Assembly (NCBI GenBank): GCA_036381155.1 | Contig: DASVDJ010000196.1 | Location: 52,823-116,822, forward strand | Length of the DNA: 64,000 bases | DNA from: Vicinamibacterales bacterium | Lineage (GTDB): Bacteria; Acidobacteriota; Vicinamibacteria; Vicinamibacterales; JAENWD01 | Direction: 5' to 3' | Shown here: one piece after another, positions 29,286-38,566 of the stretch | Layout: the number at the start of each line of letters is the position of its first letter | Position numbering within the stretch: position 1 is the first letter of the stretch | Position numbers and translations under genes: made by a program | The notes under the pieces: generated by a model | What the model was told of the DNA's origin: nothing | Seen by the model: the letters and a program-made list of their open reading frames with translations, nothing else | Databases searched by the model: none

Positions 29286-30289
29286 CCGCGGAACAGCGCA
29301 TGGAGCGACGGGAACCGACCGTCCCGTTGCTCCATCGCTCCGGCCAGCCGCTGCGCGACCCGCGCAATCACGTCCTCCCAGCGTCCGGGCTCGGACTGCC
29401 TGAACAGCCGCATCGTGGGGTACCAGGGCGTGTCCTCACGCTGCTCCATCCAGCGCCAGTCGGCATCCGCCGGCAGCAGCGTCCACACGGGAACGCCAAG
29501 CGCTCCCGCCAGGTGCGCCGGCATCGAGTCGATCGTGATCAGCAGGTCCAGGCTCCGGACGGTGCGCGCGTAAGTCATGAGGTCCCATGCGGCCGGCCAG
29601 TGGCCGTCGTCGCGTCCCCAATCACGGCGGCTCGCCCCCGGCTGCATGACCACCCATCTCACACCCCGCGCCGCGAGCAGCGGCTCCAGCAGCCGACGCG
29701 GGATGGAGCGCCGCTGGTCCCAGTCGCCGGCCTGCCAGACGAGCCCGATGCGCGGCCGGGCGCCGGGCACCGGCCAGGCCGGACTCACGTGCAGATACGG
29801 CACCCGCGCCGGCAGGGTCGCGAGCGTGACGCGGAAGACGTGCAGCAGTTCCATCAGCTCGACATCGACGTCGCAGTCGACGTCCGGCGTGCCATCGTGC
29901 AGCGCGATCAATCGCCCCTGATGCGGCATGGTGGCGAGCAGCGGAACGAGCTTCGCCTGCGCCCAGACCGTCACCTCCGGGCACGACGCCGTGAGCCACG
30001 GCACGAACCGGATGCACTGCAGCGTGTCACCAAGGCCGTGATAGCAGCGCACCAATACACGCCGCCCCTCGAGCGGCGTGCCGTCCCAGATCTGCTGTTC
30101 GTGCCGCGGCAGGTGGTGAGACGGGGCGCCGGCGTGAGCCAGCAGCACGCCGTCGGCAATCTCCCACGCGCGCGCGAAGTCGGCGCGGCGCATCGCCGCC
30201 ACCCAGCCTTCGCGCGGATCCATCCGGGACACCGGCGCGGCGGACGCGGTGGCATCCAGGTTGCTGCACTCGACAGGACCTTCGTTCAT
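29276..30289 (-). CDS. Glycosyltransferase family 9 (heptosyltransferase-like) protein
   Basis: RVLVRCYHGLGDTLQCIRFVPWL and LITIDSMPAHLAGALGVPVWTLL resemble GT9 signature regions. The start is uncertain (30289 or somewhat upstream or downstream). Confidence 0.7.
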   Translation of the reverse strand: MNEGPVECSNLDATASAAPVSRMDPREGWVAAMRRADFARAWEIADGVLLAHAGAPSHHLPRHEQQIWDGTPLEGRRVLVRCYHGLGDTLQCIRFVPWLTASCPEVTVWAQAKLVPLLATMPHQGRLIALHDGTPDVDCDVDVELMELLHVFRVTLATLPARVPYLHVSPAWPVPGARPRIGLVWQAGDWDQRRSIPRRLLEPLLAARGVRWVVMQPGASRRDWGRDDGHWPAAWDLMTYARTVRSLDLLITIDSMPAHLAGALGVPVWTLLPADADWRWMEQREDTPWYPTMRLFRQSEPGRWEDVIARVAQRLAGAMEQRDGRFPSLHALFRGQR

Positions 30290-30554
30290 GAAAGGAGTCG
30301 CCGTGAAGAGACGAAGCACTTCGAAGAGCAGGGCGTCCGGGATGGAGAAGGCGGAGGGGTCCCGCCGCAACGTTCCGACGGGCTCGGCGCGCGCCACCCG
30401 TGGCGCCGTGAGCGAAGCCTCCGATCGCGCACCGCGGTCCGGCACGCGCGCCTCCGGTCGCAGCCGGAAAACGGGGAGCACGCGGTCCGGCAGTTCGCGC
30501 GCACGCTCGAGCAGCGCGGGCTCCCGGAGCCGGAAACGGAGCTGACTCGAGCGC

Positions 30555-30791
30555 CTACCGGCTGCGGCGTTCGCGCCGCCGCACGTCCGCGGCGGCGCGG
30601 CGCGCCGCCTCCTCACCCGTCGAGTCGGCCGGCCGCGGCTCATCGGGCAGCGGGTCCGTGTCATCCGGCTCAGGCAACGGCACTCCGCCGCGCACCGCCT
30701 TGTCGTACCCGCGGTTCTGCTCGGGCCGGTCCTGCGCCTCGTCCGGCAGCTCCTGCCCGCCGCGCCGTCGGCGTCCATCCTGCTCAGCCAT
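30555..30791 (-). CDS. 78-aa highly charged, probably disordered small protein
   Basis: MAEQDGRRRRGGQELPDEAQDRPEQNRGYDKAVRGGVPLPEPDDTDPLPDEPRPADSTGEEAARRAAADVRRRERRSR. The start overlaps the upstream stop (ATGGCTGA). G/C-rich third positions. Confidence 0.5.
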   Translation of the reverse strand: MAEQDGRRRRGGQELPDEAQDRPEQNRGYDKAVRGGVPLPEPDDTDPLPDEPRPADSTGEEAARRAAADVRRRERRSR

Positions 30792-31515
30792 GAATCGCCT
30801 CGTCGGAGGACACCCGCTCGATCGGCCGCAGCGCGTACTGGGTCGCCTGCGCACGGATGCGGCCGTTCCTGATGTGGAAGAAGTCGACGCCCTCGGCCTC
30901 GACGCCCGCCGTGGACGTCGCCCGCCAGTCGAGCATCGCGTAGCCGTTGCCGATGGCGACGCGATCGAAGGTGTACCGCGCGTCCGGCACCTGCTGCGCA
31001 AGCCGCAACGCCGCGCGACGCACCCCGTCCCACCCTCGCAGCAGCTCGCCGTTGTCGACGATGGTGACCGCGGGCGAGTAGTTGTGCCGGAGATCGGGCT
31101 CGACGCGATGCCCGGCGCGGTCCTGGAGATGACGTTCGAGCACGCGCAGCACGGCCGTGTCATCCGCCCGCCCCGCCCAGGCCGCGGCGAAGAGCGCGCC
31201 GGCAACCGCATCCATCAGGTAGACCGGCCGGATTCGCCCGCGCCGTACGTAGGTCACCTCTGCCGCGCCGAGCGCCAGCGCCGAAGCGGCACCCAGGAAG
31301 CGCGCGTGCGGGCGCCGGATGAGCTCGAGCCCGATCACGGCGATCACGGCGCCGAAGGTCCTGACCAGCCAGTCGTCGGCCTTCGGTCCCGTCACGGCGG
31401 TGAACGAGCGGTAATGCACGAGCGGCCAGAGGCCGGAGGCCAGGTAGTACCAGCCCTGCGCGCGACCCGGCCAGTGATCGGTGCGCGACGGAACGAGCGT
31501 CAGCGGTGCGTCCAT
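30784..31515 (-). CDS. Fusion of an N-terminal multi-TM domain with a C-terminal SnoaL/NTF2-like domain
   Basis: MDAPLTLVPSRTDHWPGRAQGWYYLASGLWPLV...VIAVIGLELI... (TM helices), then YSPAVTIVDNGELLRGWDGVRRA...GYAMLDWRATSTAG...VDFFHIRNGRI (NTF2-like). Confidence 0.65.
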   Translation of the reverse strand: MDAPLTLVPSRTDHWPGRAQGWYYLASGLWPLVHYRSFTAVTGPKADDWLVRTFGAVIAVIGLELIRRPHARFLGAASALALGAAEVTYVRRGRIRPVYLMDAVAGALFAAAWAGRADDTAVLRVLERHLQDRAGHRVEPDLRHNYSPAVTIVDNGELLRGWDGVRRAALRLAQQVPDARYTFDRVAIGNGYAMLDWRATSTAGVEAEGVDFFHIRNGRIRAQATQYALRPIERVSSDEAIHG

Positions 31516-31528
31516 CGCGTCGTGCGAT

Positions 31529-31544
31529 AGCAACCCGTGTGCCT
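31529..31544 (-). promoter_or_regulatory. Sigma-54-type -24/-12 promoter (P10)
   Basis: Minus strand AGGCACACGGGTTGCT, with GG and GC 10 nt apart. It lies 13 nt upstream of the ATG at 31515. Confidence 0.6.
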
Positions 31545-31563
31545 TCCCAGCCGCCCGTGCGCC

Positions 31564-31599
31564 GCCTGTGACGAGCGACCACACGCGCCTGTGACGAGC
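31564..31599. repeat. Two direct copies of GCCTGTGACGAGC spaced 23 bp (candidate activator sites)
   Basis: The copies are at 31564-31576 and 31587-31599, between the divergent units 31515(-) and 31748(+). Confidence 0.6.
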
Positions 31600-31747
31600 C
31601 GCCGCACGACGTATTTGATTCGCCACGCCAGCGTGTTGGATCGAGCTCGTCCGGCAACGCCGCGAAACCGCTCGTGATACCGGTGGTCACGCGCCGCACG
31701 CCTCTTGCACCGGTCCTGAGGTGACACATCCCCAGGCGAGGGACCAC

Positions 31748-34675
31748 ATGACACGCTTGCGCTTCATCACCGTCGTCCTGCTCCTCGCCCTGCCCGCTCT
31801 GGCGGCGGGACAGGAAACCACGACCGGCTCCATCGGCGGGCTGATCACCGACCCGCAGGGCCTTGCGTTGCCCGGCGTGACGGTCACCGTCACCTCCGCG
31901 CAGGGTGAGCGCTCCGTCGTCACCCAGCCGGATGGCCGTTACTTCGTGCCGTACCTCACGCCGGGCACGTACACCGTGCGCGCCGAGCTGCAGGGCTTCC
32001 GCACGATCGAACAACAGGAGGTCCAGGTCCGGCTCGGCCAGCGGGCGGTGGTCAACCTCACCCTCCAGGTCGGCGCCGTCACGGAGACCGTCCAGGTCAC
32101 GGGCGGATCGCAGGTGGTCGACACGACGAACACCACGGCCGGCACGAACCTGGACAGCGAGACGCTGTCGCGGCTGCCCGTCGGCCGCAGCTTCAGCGAC
32201 ACGCTGTACGTCGCGTCAGGCGTCAGCAGCGGCGGCGGGACCGGCCGGGCCAACCCGTCCGTGTCCGGTGCCAGCGGCCTCGAGAACCTGTACGTCGTCG
32301 ACGGCGTGAACATCACGAATCCCGGCTACGGCGCGCTGGGCTCCTACTCGATCGTCTTCGGCTCACTCGGCACGGGGGTGACGTACGACTTCGTGCAGGA
32401 GGTGCAGGTCAAGACGGCCGGGTACGAAGCCGAGTACGGCCAGTCGACCGGCGGCGTGGTCAACGTCGTCACGAAGAGCGGCACGAACGACCTGCGCGGC
32501 ACCGTGTTCGGCTACTGGCGGCCCGAGCAGCTCGAGGGGGACTTCACGCCGATCCTGACCGAGAACGCGACCCGGCCCGAGAGCGTGAACTTCACCGAGT
32601 CGCGCCTGAGCGACATCGGAGTCGAAATCGGCGGGCCGATCATGCCGGATCGCCTCTTCTTCTTCGGCGCCATCGATCCCCAGTGGGAGCGCACGTCGTT
32701 CATCGCGCCCATCGGGTTCCCGCTGCGTGAGCTCGGCGAACAGCCACGGGATCGACGGATCGTGGCGTACGCCGCCAAGGGCACGTACCAGATCGCGACC
32801 GGGCAGCGGATCGACGCATCGTTCTTCGGCGATCCGGCGAAGGGCGACATGGGCCCGCAGCGCCGCACGGCCCTGCTGCGCACCGACACGGCCGGCTTCA
32901 GCGAGATCGAGTACGGCGGGCACAACCAGGTCGTCCGTTACGACGCGGCCGTGACGCCAAGCTGGCTCGTCGAGGCCTCCTACGCGCGCGCCTTCAACAA
33001 CATCGAAGAGACGCCCTCGGTCGACTCCTGGTCGGTCGTCGACCGCACGGTGACGCCGAACGTGCGCGCGGGCGGCATCGGGTTCTTCGAGGTCGGGAAC
33101 GAGGGCACGAACCACCAGTTCCAGGTCAAGTCGACCAACATCGTCGAGGCAGCCGGCAACCATCAGATCCGGTACGGGCTGCTCTACGAGAAGGTCTTCT
33201 ACGACAACATCATCGACCGCACCGGTCCCGCGTTCACGCTGCCTGACGGCTCCACGACCGTGACCGGCGCCGAGATCGAAGTGCTGCCGGACCCGGTCTT
33301 CGGGCGCATCTACAGCGTCGCGCGCGCGAACCTCTCGAACGTGCGCGAGACCGAACAGGACTACGTCGCGTTCTTCGTGCAGGACGTCTGGCGGATCGGC
33401 ACGCACCTGACGATCCGGCCCGGGATCCGGTACGAGCAGCAGAAGCTGATCGGCAACCTGACGGACCACTCGTGGGACGGCAACTGGGCGCCCCGGATCG
33501 GCGCCGTCTACGACCCGCTGGGGACCGGCCGCATGAAGGTGTACGCGAACTACGGCCGCTTCTTCGCGCGGATTCCGAACGACCTGGCCGCCCGGGCGCT
33601 GTCGGCGGACGCCGGCGTGACCCGCGCCGACTACTTCGACGCCGGACTCACCCAGCCGGTGCCCGACGGCGTGCTGGCGGCCGGGCAGACCGAGCACTTC
33701 ACGCTCGCCGGCCTGGAGCCGTCCGTCATCGATCCGGACTCGAAGTCCACGTACCTGAACGAGTACCTCGCGGGCTTCGAGTGGGAGCCGCTCATCGGAC
33801 TCAGCGTCGGCGTCCGCTACACGCACCGCAACTTCGGCCGCGTGCTCGAGGACGTCGGCACGTTGCCGATGGTGGCGTACTTCCTGCCCGACATCCCCGG
33901 CGCCGACAGCGTGGAGTACTTCATCACGAACCCGGGTCCGGGCACGCCGGTCGCGTCGAACCTGCCGGCCTCGTTCGAAGAGGCCATCCACGACTACGAC
34001 GCCGTGGAGGTCCTCGCGAACAAGCGGTTCGGCAACAACTGGTCGCTCTCGACCTCCTATCGCTGGTCGCGGCTGGAAGGCACGTTCGAGGGCTTCTACC
34101 GGAACGACAACGACCAGTCGGATCCGTCGATCACCTCGCTGTTCGACTTCCCGACCAACGACCCGACCTACACGGCGATCGGCGTCCCGCAGTTCGGCTT
34201 CCGGGGCGACATCCGGTTCCTCGGCGCGCTGGGGGCCGGACCGCTCCCGAACGATCGCCGGCACCAGGGCAAGGTCTTCGGGGCCTACATGTTCCCGTTC
34301 GGCCTGACCGCCGGGCTCGGGATGGTCGTCAACTCGGGCCAGCCGCTGACCGCGCTCGCCGCCAACCCGGCGTATCGCAGCGACGGCGAGATTCCCGAGA
34401 CGCCGCGCGGCACCGGCATCGAGACCCAGGACGGGTTCCGGCGGCGCACGCCGACCGAGATGCAGTTCGACATGCACCTCGATTACGGCCTCCCGATTGC
34501 AGGACGGCGTCTGCGGCTGATCGCGGATGTGTTCAACCTCTTCGATCAGCAGCGGGTGACGGACTACGACAACTACACCGAGAGCACCTTCGGGGCGCTG
34601 AATCCGGACTTCGGCCGGATCATCGAGTATCAGACGCCGCGCCAGGTGCGTATCGGTGCACGCTTCGAGTTCTGA
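31748..34675 (+). CDS. TonB-dependent receptor-like outer membrane protein with N-terminal CarboxypepD_reg domain (Oar-like)
   Basis: Signal MTRLRFITVVLLLALPALAAGQ; GSIGGLITDPQGLALPGVTVTV...PDGRYFVPYLTPGTYTVRAELQGF; plug-like SRLPVGRSFSDTL; C-terminal ...RIGARFEF ending in Phe. Confidence 0.85.
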   Translation: MTRLRFITVVLLLALPALAAGQETTTGSIGGLITDPQGLALPGVTVTVTSAQGERSVVTQPDGRYFVPYLTPGTYTVRAELQGFRTIEQQEVQVRLGQRAVVNLTLQVGAVTETVQVTGGSQVVDTTNTTAGTNLDSETLSRLPVGRSFSDTLYVASGVSSGGGTGRANPSVSGASGLENLYVVDGVNITNPGYGALGSYSIVFGSLGTGVTYDFVQEVQVKTAGYEAEYGQSTGGVVNVVTKSGTNDLRGTVFGYWRPEQLEGDFTPILTENATRPESVNFTESRLSDIGVEIGGPIMPDRLFFFGAIDPQWERTSFIAPIGFPLRELGEQPRDRRIVAYAAKGTYQIATGQRIDASFFGDPAKGDMGPQRRTALLRTDTAGFSEIEYGGHNQVVRYDAAVTPSWLVEASYARAFNNIEETPSVDSWSVVDRTVTPNVRAGGIGFFEVGNEGTNHQFQVKSTNIVEAAGNHQIRYGLLYEKVFYDNIIDRTGPAFTLPDGSTTVTGAEIEVLPDPVFGRIYSVARANLSNVRETEQDYVAFFVQDVWRIGTHLTIRPGIRYEQQKLIGNLTDHSWDGNWAPRIGAVYDPLGTGRMKVYANYGRFFARIPNDLAARALSADAGVTRADYFDAGLTQPVPDGVLAAGQTEHFTLAGLEPSVIDPDSKSTYLNEYLAGFEWEPLIGLSVGVRYTHRNFGRVLEDVGTLPMVAYFLPDIPGADSVEYFITNPGPGTPVASNLPASFEEAIHDYDAVEVLANKRFGNNWSLSTSYRWSRLEGTFEGFYRNDNDQSDPSITSLFDFPTNDPTYTAIGVPQFGFRGDIRFLGALGAGPLPNDRRHQGKVFGAYMFPFGLTAGLGMVVNSGQPLTALAANPAYRSDGEIPETPRGTGIETQDGFRRRTPTEMQFDMHLDYGLPIAGRRLRLIADVFNLFDQQRVTDYDNYTESTFGALNPDFGRIIEYQTPRQVRIGARFEF

Positions 34676-34676
34676 A

Positions 34677-35126
34677 ATGCGACGACTCTGCGGATCACGG
34701 CCGGGACGCGTCGTCCCGGCCGCAGCGCTGGTCCTGGCAGCCGCCCTGTCGGCGGCTGCCGGCGCTCCCGACCCCATCACCGTCCGGCTCCTCCCGGCCA
34801 CGGTGATGGAACACAACGACGTGAAGGCCATGGTGACCGTCGAGGAACGGGCGGAGAACCGGCGCCTGGTCGTTTCGCTGGACGGGCCCGAGTTCTACTC
34901 CAGCACGCAGCGGACGCTCGACGGGAAGAAGGGACCCCGGAGCCACGAGTTCTTCTTCCGCGCCCTGCCCGCCGGCGTGTACGAGCTTCGCGTCACGGTC
35001 GAGGACGACCGGGGGCACACGGCGTCGGTTGCGCGGAACTTCCAGGTCCACGGCATGAGCCAGGAGGAAGAGGTCGTACCCACCGGCCGTCGACGGCGTC
35101 CTCCCGGGCAGCGCTTCCGGCCCTAG
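34677..35126 (+). CDS. Small secreted Ig-like protein, 1 nt after the receptor stop
   Basis: Signal MRRLCGSRPGRVVPAAALVLAAALSAAAG, then beta-rich VRLLPATVMEHNDVKAMVTV...GVYELRVTVEDDRGHTASV. Confidence 0.6.
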   Translation: MRRLCGSRPGRVVPAAALVLAAALSAAAGAPDPITVRLLPATVMEHNDVKAMVTVEERAENRRLVVSLDGPEFYSSTQRTLDGKKGPRSHEFFFRALPAGVYELRVTVEDDRGHTASVARNFQVHGMSQEEEVVPTGRRRRPPGQRFRP

Positions 35127-38100
35127 AAGCCTGGACGGACTCCGAAACTGAACAGCCAGCCGCGGTCGCGGTCGAGCGGCCGTACGGCCGCGAACTCCAG
35201 AACGGCGAAGCCCAGCGCGTTGACGCGCACCCCCGCGCCGGTACTGCGGATCCAGTCGTCACCGAAGGATGGGTTGCGGTCGCCGCTCCAGGCGAAGCCG
35301 GCGTCGAAGAACACCAGCCCCTCCACCGGAACCGGCCCGTACTCGAGCTCGCCGGTGAAGATCCCGACCAGCGGGAAGCGCACCTCGGCGTTGAGGACGG
35401 CGATGCCGTCGCCGAAGAGCCGGTCGACCTCCTGACAGGTGCTGTCCGCCGTCACCGTGCACTCGGAGACGCGGAAGGAATCCCATTCGTACCCGCGCAC
35501 GAGCGTCGGGTAGCCGAGGAACAGCGGCGTCAGGCGGGGGTCGTCGATGTCGCCGCCGAAACGTCCCAGCACGAGGCCGCGCCCGGCAAGCGTCAGCGGA
35601 CGCACGGGCATGTAGTACTGCCGGAAGTCGGCGAGGAGGCTGGTAAAGGTCAGCCCTCCGGCGGTCTGCGTCGCTTCGAGCCGGTAGCGCCGGCCGAGCA
35701 GCGGACTCGTCGGGCCGAAGATGCCGGTGTCGAAGACGAGCGCGGCGCTGGCCTCGGCCATGTTCACCGTGTCGAGCCCGGGAATGTCCTCGCGCGCCTC
35801 GCCGAGGAACTGGCCCGTCGCAAGGTCGAACGCCTGCGAGATCTGCTCGGCGCTGACGCCGATCGACCGCAGGCCACCGGTGAACTCGAACCGCTGCGCG
35901 CGACTGAACGGGTACTCCAGGACCCCTGACACCTGCCGGTAGTACTGCCGGAACTGCGTGATTTCGTCGACGACCGCGGGACGCCCGTCGATCATTTCGA
36001 GGCGCTGGGTCACGAAGCCGCTGCGGTACGAGAGCTGCTCGGCGGTGCCGCCCCACCCGAGGCGCCTCCGGCGATTCAGGTAGGCCAGCTGGCCCGAGAA
36101 GTCGCGGACGTCTCCCTGGATCTGCGCCGTCGCGCCCAGGAGGTGATCGCCGAGCAGATCGCTCCAGAGGAAGGACACGCCGCCGCCGAAATAGGTGCCG
36201 AACGCGTCGGTGCCGACCCCGACCGACGGCTGGCCGACGAACTCGAGCCCGAGGTTCGCCTGGTACGGCCGAACGGGGAACTCCTGCGGCGGCGGCAGGC
36301 CGGCCGTCGCGTTCGCCAGCACCCGCGCCACGTCGCCGTCGTCACGGCGGACCGGCGGCAGCGTCGCCGCGTCTGCACGGGTGTGCGCCGGCAGCTCCAC
36401 CGCCGCCGCATCGTCGAGGAGCATGACCTGGTAGGCGTTGCGCCAGAGCACCGAGAAGGCCACGCGCCCGCTCTTCGACGCGACGGACAGGGCCGGGCTG
36501 TTGTTCGTGATGCCGGTCGCGCCGGTCGCCAGCCGAGAGACCGGCACCACCTGCCCCGAATCGAGGCTCAACCGGAAGACGTCGCTGACGCCCTGCGGCG
36601 CGGCGATGAAGTAGAGCGTCCGGCCGTCGGGGCCCCACTGCGGGTTCATCTGCTTCGCGTCACGGAACGCCTCGGGCAGGGGCACGGGCCGGATCTCGCG
36701 CGTCCGGACATCCATGATGGCGAGCTTCAGCGGCCCGAACGTCAACGTCTTCAGGTCCGAGGAGAACCGCTCCGTCGCAAAGGCGATGTGCCGGCCGTCC
36801 GGCGACCAGGCCGGCTGCTGATCCGACAGCAGATCCCGTGTGACCCGCGTCAGCGTCTCGCTCTCGAACTCGTACAGGTACAGGTCGGTGACGCCACCCT
36901 GGATGGCGGAAAATGCCACGACCTTGCCATCGGGCGACAGCGCGGGGTGGAAGATCTCACCGAGCTCCCGGAGCCGGACATCCTCGACGGTGTCGCCGCT
37001 CTCGACGTCGACGACGGTGATGTGAGGCTGCCCGCGCTGGATGGACGAGAACGCGAACCGCCGGCCTTCGCCGTCCCACGAACCGGACGCGTTCACGAAC
37101 TGGAGGCTGTCGAGGTGCGGGTTGGTCGCGGAGCGCGACAGGCGGCGGATGATGCGGCCCGTGTCGGCCTCGGCCAGGTACAGGTCGATCGACAGGCGCG
37201 AGCGCGACGACAGGAACATCAGGCGGCGTCCATCAGGGCTCAGCGACGGGGCCACCGTGATCTCATCCTCGCTCTGGTCGGGATTGAGCGGCCGTCCCGC
37301 CTCGAGCGGCGGCCGGCGCGCCTGGATGATCCCGCCGTACGCCTCCCGGATGGCCGCATGCCACTGGTTGGAGAGCTCCTCTTCTTCGATCCCGGTCAAC
37401 CGCTCGAGGACGTCAATCGGATCGCCGGACACGGCCAGCCGGTACGCGTCTCCGACGATCCGGTCGCCCCACCGCCCGGCCAGATAGGACCAGAGCGCGT
37501 GGCCGTAGCGATACGGGAAGAACTCGGGGCGGGACAGCTGCGAGATGCGCGGCAGGTTCTCGTTCAGCATCGCGTCGCGCAGCCACATGGCGGTGTGCGG
37601 GTCGAACGGCCCGATTGAGAGGTACTCCGCCATTCCCTCGACGAACCACAGCGGCAGGTGCAGCCCGCGCGTCCGCGTGTTGGCCGCGATGTCGAACTGG
37701 AAGGCGTGCACGAGCTCGTGGCCGATCACGTGATCGGTGTCGGCCCCGCTGGCCCCGAACGGCAGGACGATGCGGCGCCGCAGCGCCTCGGTGAGCCCGC
37801 CGGTGCCCTCGCCGATCATCCCCTGGACGACGTTCGTCTGCTGGAAATGGGGGTGGCTGGCGTAGAGGATCAGCGGCTGGCGGCTCGACAGCTCGTGATC
37901 CAGCACGGCCGACAGCCGCATGTACCAGCGCTCGGCCATGCGGGCGGCATCGCGCGCCGCATCTACTTCCTTCTCGTAGTGGTAGATGTCGAAACGTTCG
38001 GTCTCCAGCACCTTGAAGTCGAACGTCTCGTAGCGGACCTTGTTGGGACCGAAGTACTGCGCGGAGGCGCCCGCGGACAATCCGAACCAGAGTGCGACCA

Positions 38101-38143
38101 GCAGGCCCGCGCGGGCCCACCAAGCGGTTCCGCCCGACCTCAT
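35123..38143 (-). CDS. Outer-membrane fusion protein: HExxH metallopeptidase-like domain + TolB/PD40-type beta-propeller + Omp85-like C-terminal barrel
   Basis: Signal peptide. HVIGHELVHAFQF (HExxH). PD40-like SPDGRRLMFLS, SPDGKVVAFSA, SPDGRHIAFAT, GPDGRTLYFIA. C-terminus ...GWLFSFGVRPGF ends in Phe. SD GGAGGGAG. Confidence 0.8.
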   Translation of the reverse strand: MRSGGTAWWARAGLLVALWFGLSAGASAQYFGPNKVRYETFDFKVLETERFDIYHYEKEVDAARDAARMAERWYMRLSAVLDHELSSRQPLILYASHPHFQQTNVVQGMIGEGTGGLTEALRRRIVLPFGASGADTDHVIGHELVHAFQFDIAANTRTRGLHLPLWFVEGMAEYLSIGPFDPHTAMWLRDAMLNENLPRISQLSRPEFFPYRYGHALWSYLAGRWGDRIVGDAYRLAVSGDPIDVLERLTGIEEEELSNQWHAAIREAYGGIIQARRPPLEAGRPLNPDQSEDEITVAPSLSPDGRRLMFLSSRSRLSIDLYLAEADTGRIIRRLSRSATNPHLDSLQFVNASGSWDGEGRRFAFSSIQRGQPHITVVDVESGDTVEDVRLRELGEIFHPALSPDGKVVAFSAIQGGVTDLYLYEFESETLTRVTRDLLSDQQPAWSPDGRHIAFATERFSSDLKTLTFGPLKLAIMDVRTREIRPVPLPEAFRDAKQMNPQWGPDGRTLYFIAAPQGVSDVFRLSLDSGQVVPVSRLATGATGITNNSPALSVASKSGRVAFSVLWRNAYQVMLLDDAAAVELPAHTRADAATLPPVRRDDGDVARVLANATAGLPPPQEFPVRPYQANLGLEFVGQPSVGVGTDAFGTYFGGGVSFLWSDLLGDHLLGATAQIQGDVRDFSGQLAYLNRRRRLGWGGTAEQLSYRSGFVTQRLEMIDGRPAVVDEITQFRQYYRQVSGVLEYPFSRAQRFEFTGGLRSIGVSAEQISQAFDLATGQFLGEAREDIPGLDTVNMAEASAALVFDTGIFGPTSPLLGRRYRLEATQTAGGLTFTSLLADFRQYYMPVRPLTLAGRGLVLGRFGGDIDDPRLTPLFLGYPTLVRGYEWDSFRVSECTVTADSTCQEVDRLFGDGIAVLNAEVRFPLVGIFTGELEYGPVPVEGLVFFDAGFAWSGDRNPSFGDDWIRSTGAGVRVNALGFAVLEFAAVRPLDRDRGWLFSFGVRPGF

Positions 38144-38177
38144 CAGAGCTCCCTCCGCGCAGTACCGGACGCAGCCG

Positions 38178-38438
38178 TCAGACGGTACGGCGGCGCCCGA
38201 CTACCATCCGGTAGATGCCGAGCAGCACCACGGCCCCGAGCAGCGACATCAGGAAGCCCGCAGCGTCATCCGGCCCGTAGAGCCCCAGCGCGCGGCCGAT
38301 GTAGCCCCCCACGACCGCCCCGACAATGCCCAGCAGGATCGTCACGATGATACCGCCGGGATCCCTGCCGGGCATCACGAGCTTCGCGATGGCGCCGACG
38401 ATGAGCCCGAAGATGATCCAGCCGATGATGCCGAACAT
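38178..38438 (-). CDS. GlsB/YeaQ/YmgE (transglycosylase-associated) family stress membrane protein
   Basis: MFGIIGWIIFGLIVGAIAKLVMPGRDPGGIIVTILLGIVGAVVGGYIG: family-typical sequence. Confidence 0.85.
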   Translation of the reverse strand: MFGIIGWIIFGLIVGAIAKLVMPGRDPGGIIVTILLGIVGAVVGGYIGRALGLYGPDDAAGFLMSLLGAVVLLGIYRMVVGRRRTV

Positions 38439-38490
38439 AGGCCCCTCCTGCTTGCCGGTCCCCCACGGACCGGACGTCCGTCAGACGCTG

Positions 38491-38506
38491 AGCAACCGCC
38501 GTGCCG
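38491..38506 (-). promoter_or_regulatory. Sigma-54-type -24/-12 promoter (P1)
   Basis: Minus strand CGGCACGGCGGTTGCT (near-consensus GGCACG-N4-TTGCT). It lies 52 nt upstream of the ATG at 38438. Confidence 0.7.
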
Positions 38507-38566
38507 CCGCACGGTGCCGTCCTGTCGACCCGGGGACGCCGCCGTTGTCGGCTTCCGCGACAGACG

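Noticed and set aside
29276-31033. The 585-aa track ORF as one protein.
   Set aside because: Only the C-terminal 338 aa or so look like a real GT9-like protein. The upstream 247 aa are Arg-rich shadow sequence that overlaps two better-supported genes in other frames (30555-30791 and 30784-31515).
23625-31626. The tRNA-Gly to tRNA-Val region, and the stretch after tRNA-Val, as a possible integrated genomic island.
   Set aside because: There is no integrase, recombinase or phage gene, and I saw no direct repeat of a tRNA 3' end downstream. The genes between the tRNAs are ordinary nucleotide-salvage genes.
31694-31709. CCGCACGCCTCTTGCA upstream of the Oar-like receptor gene, as an eleventh sigma-54 promoter.
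   Set aside because: The -12 TTGCA and the spacing are perfect, but the -24 dinucleotide is CG instead of the near-invariant GG. I keep it only as a near-miss. It might still function, since it mirrors the divergent-pair layout seen elsewhere.
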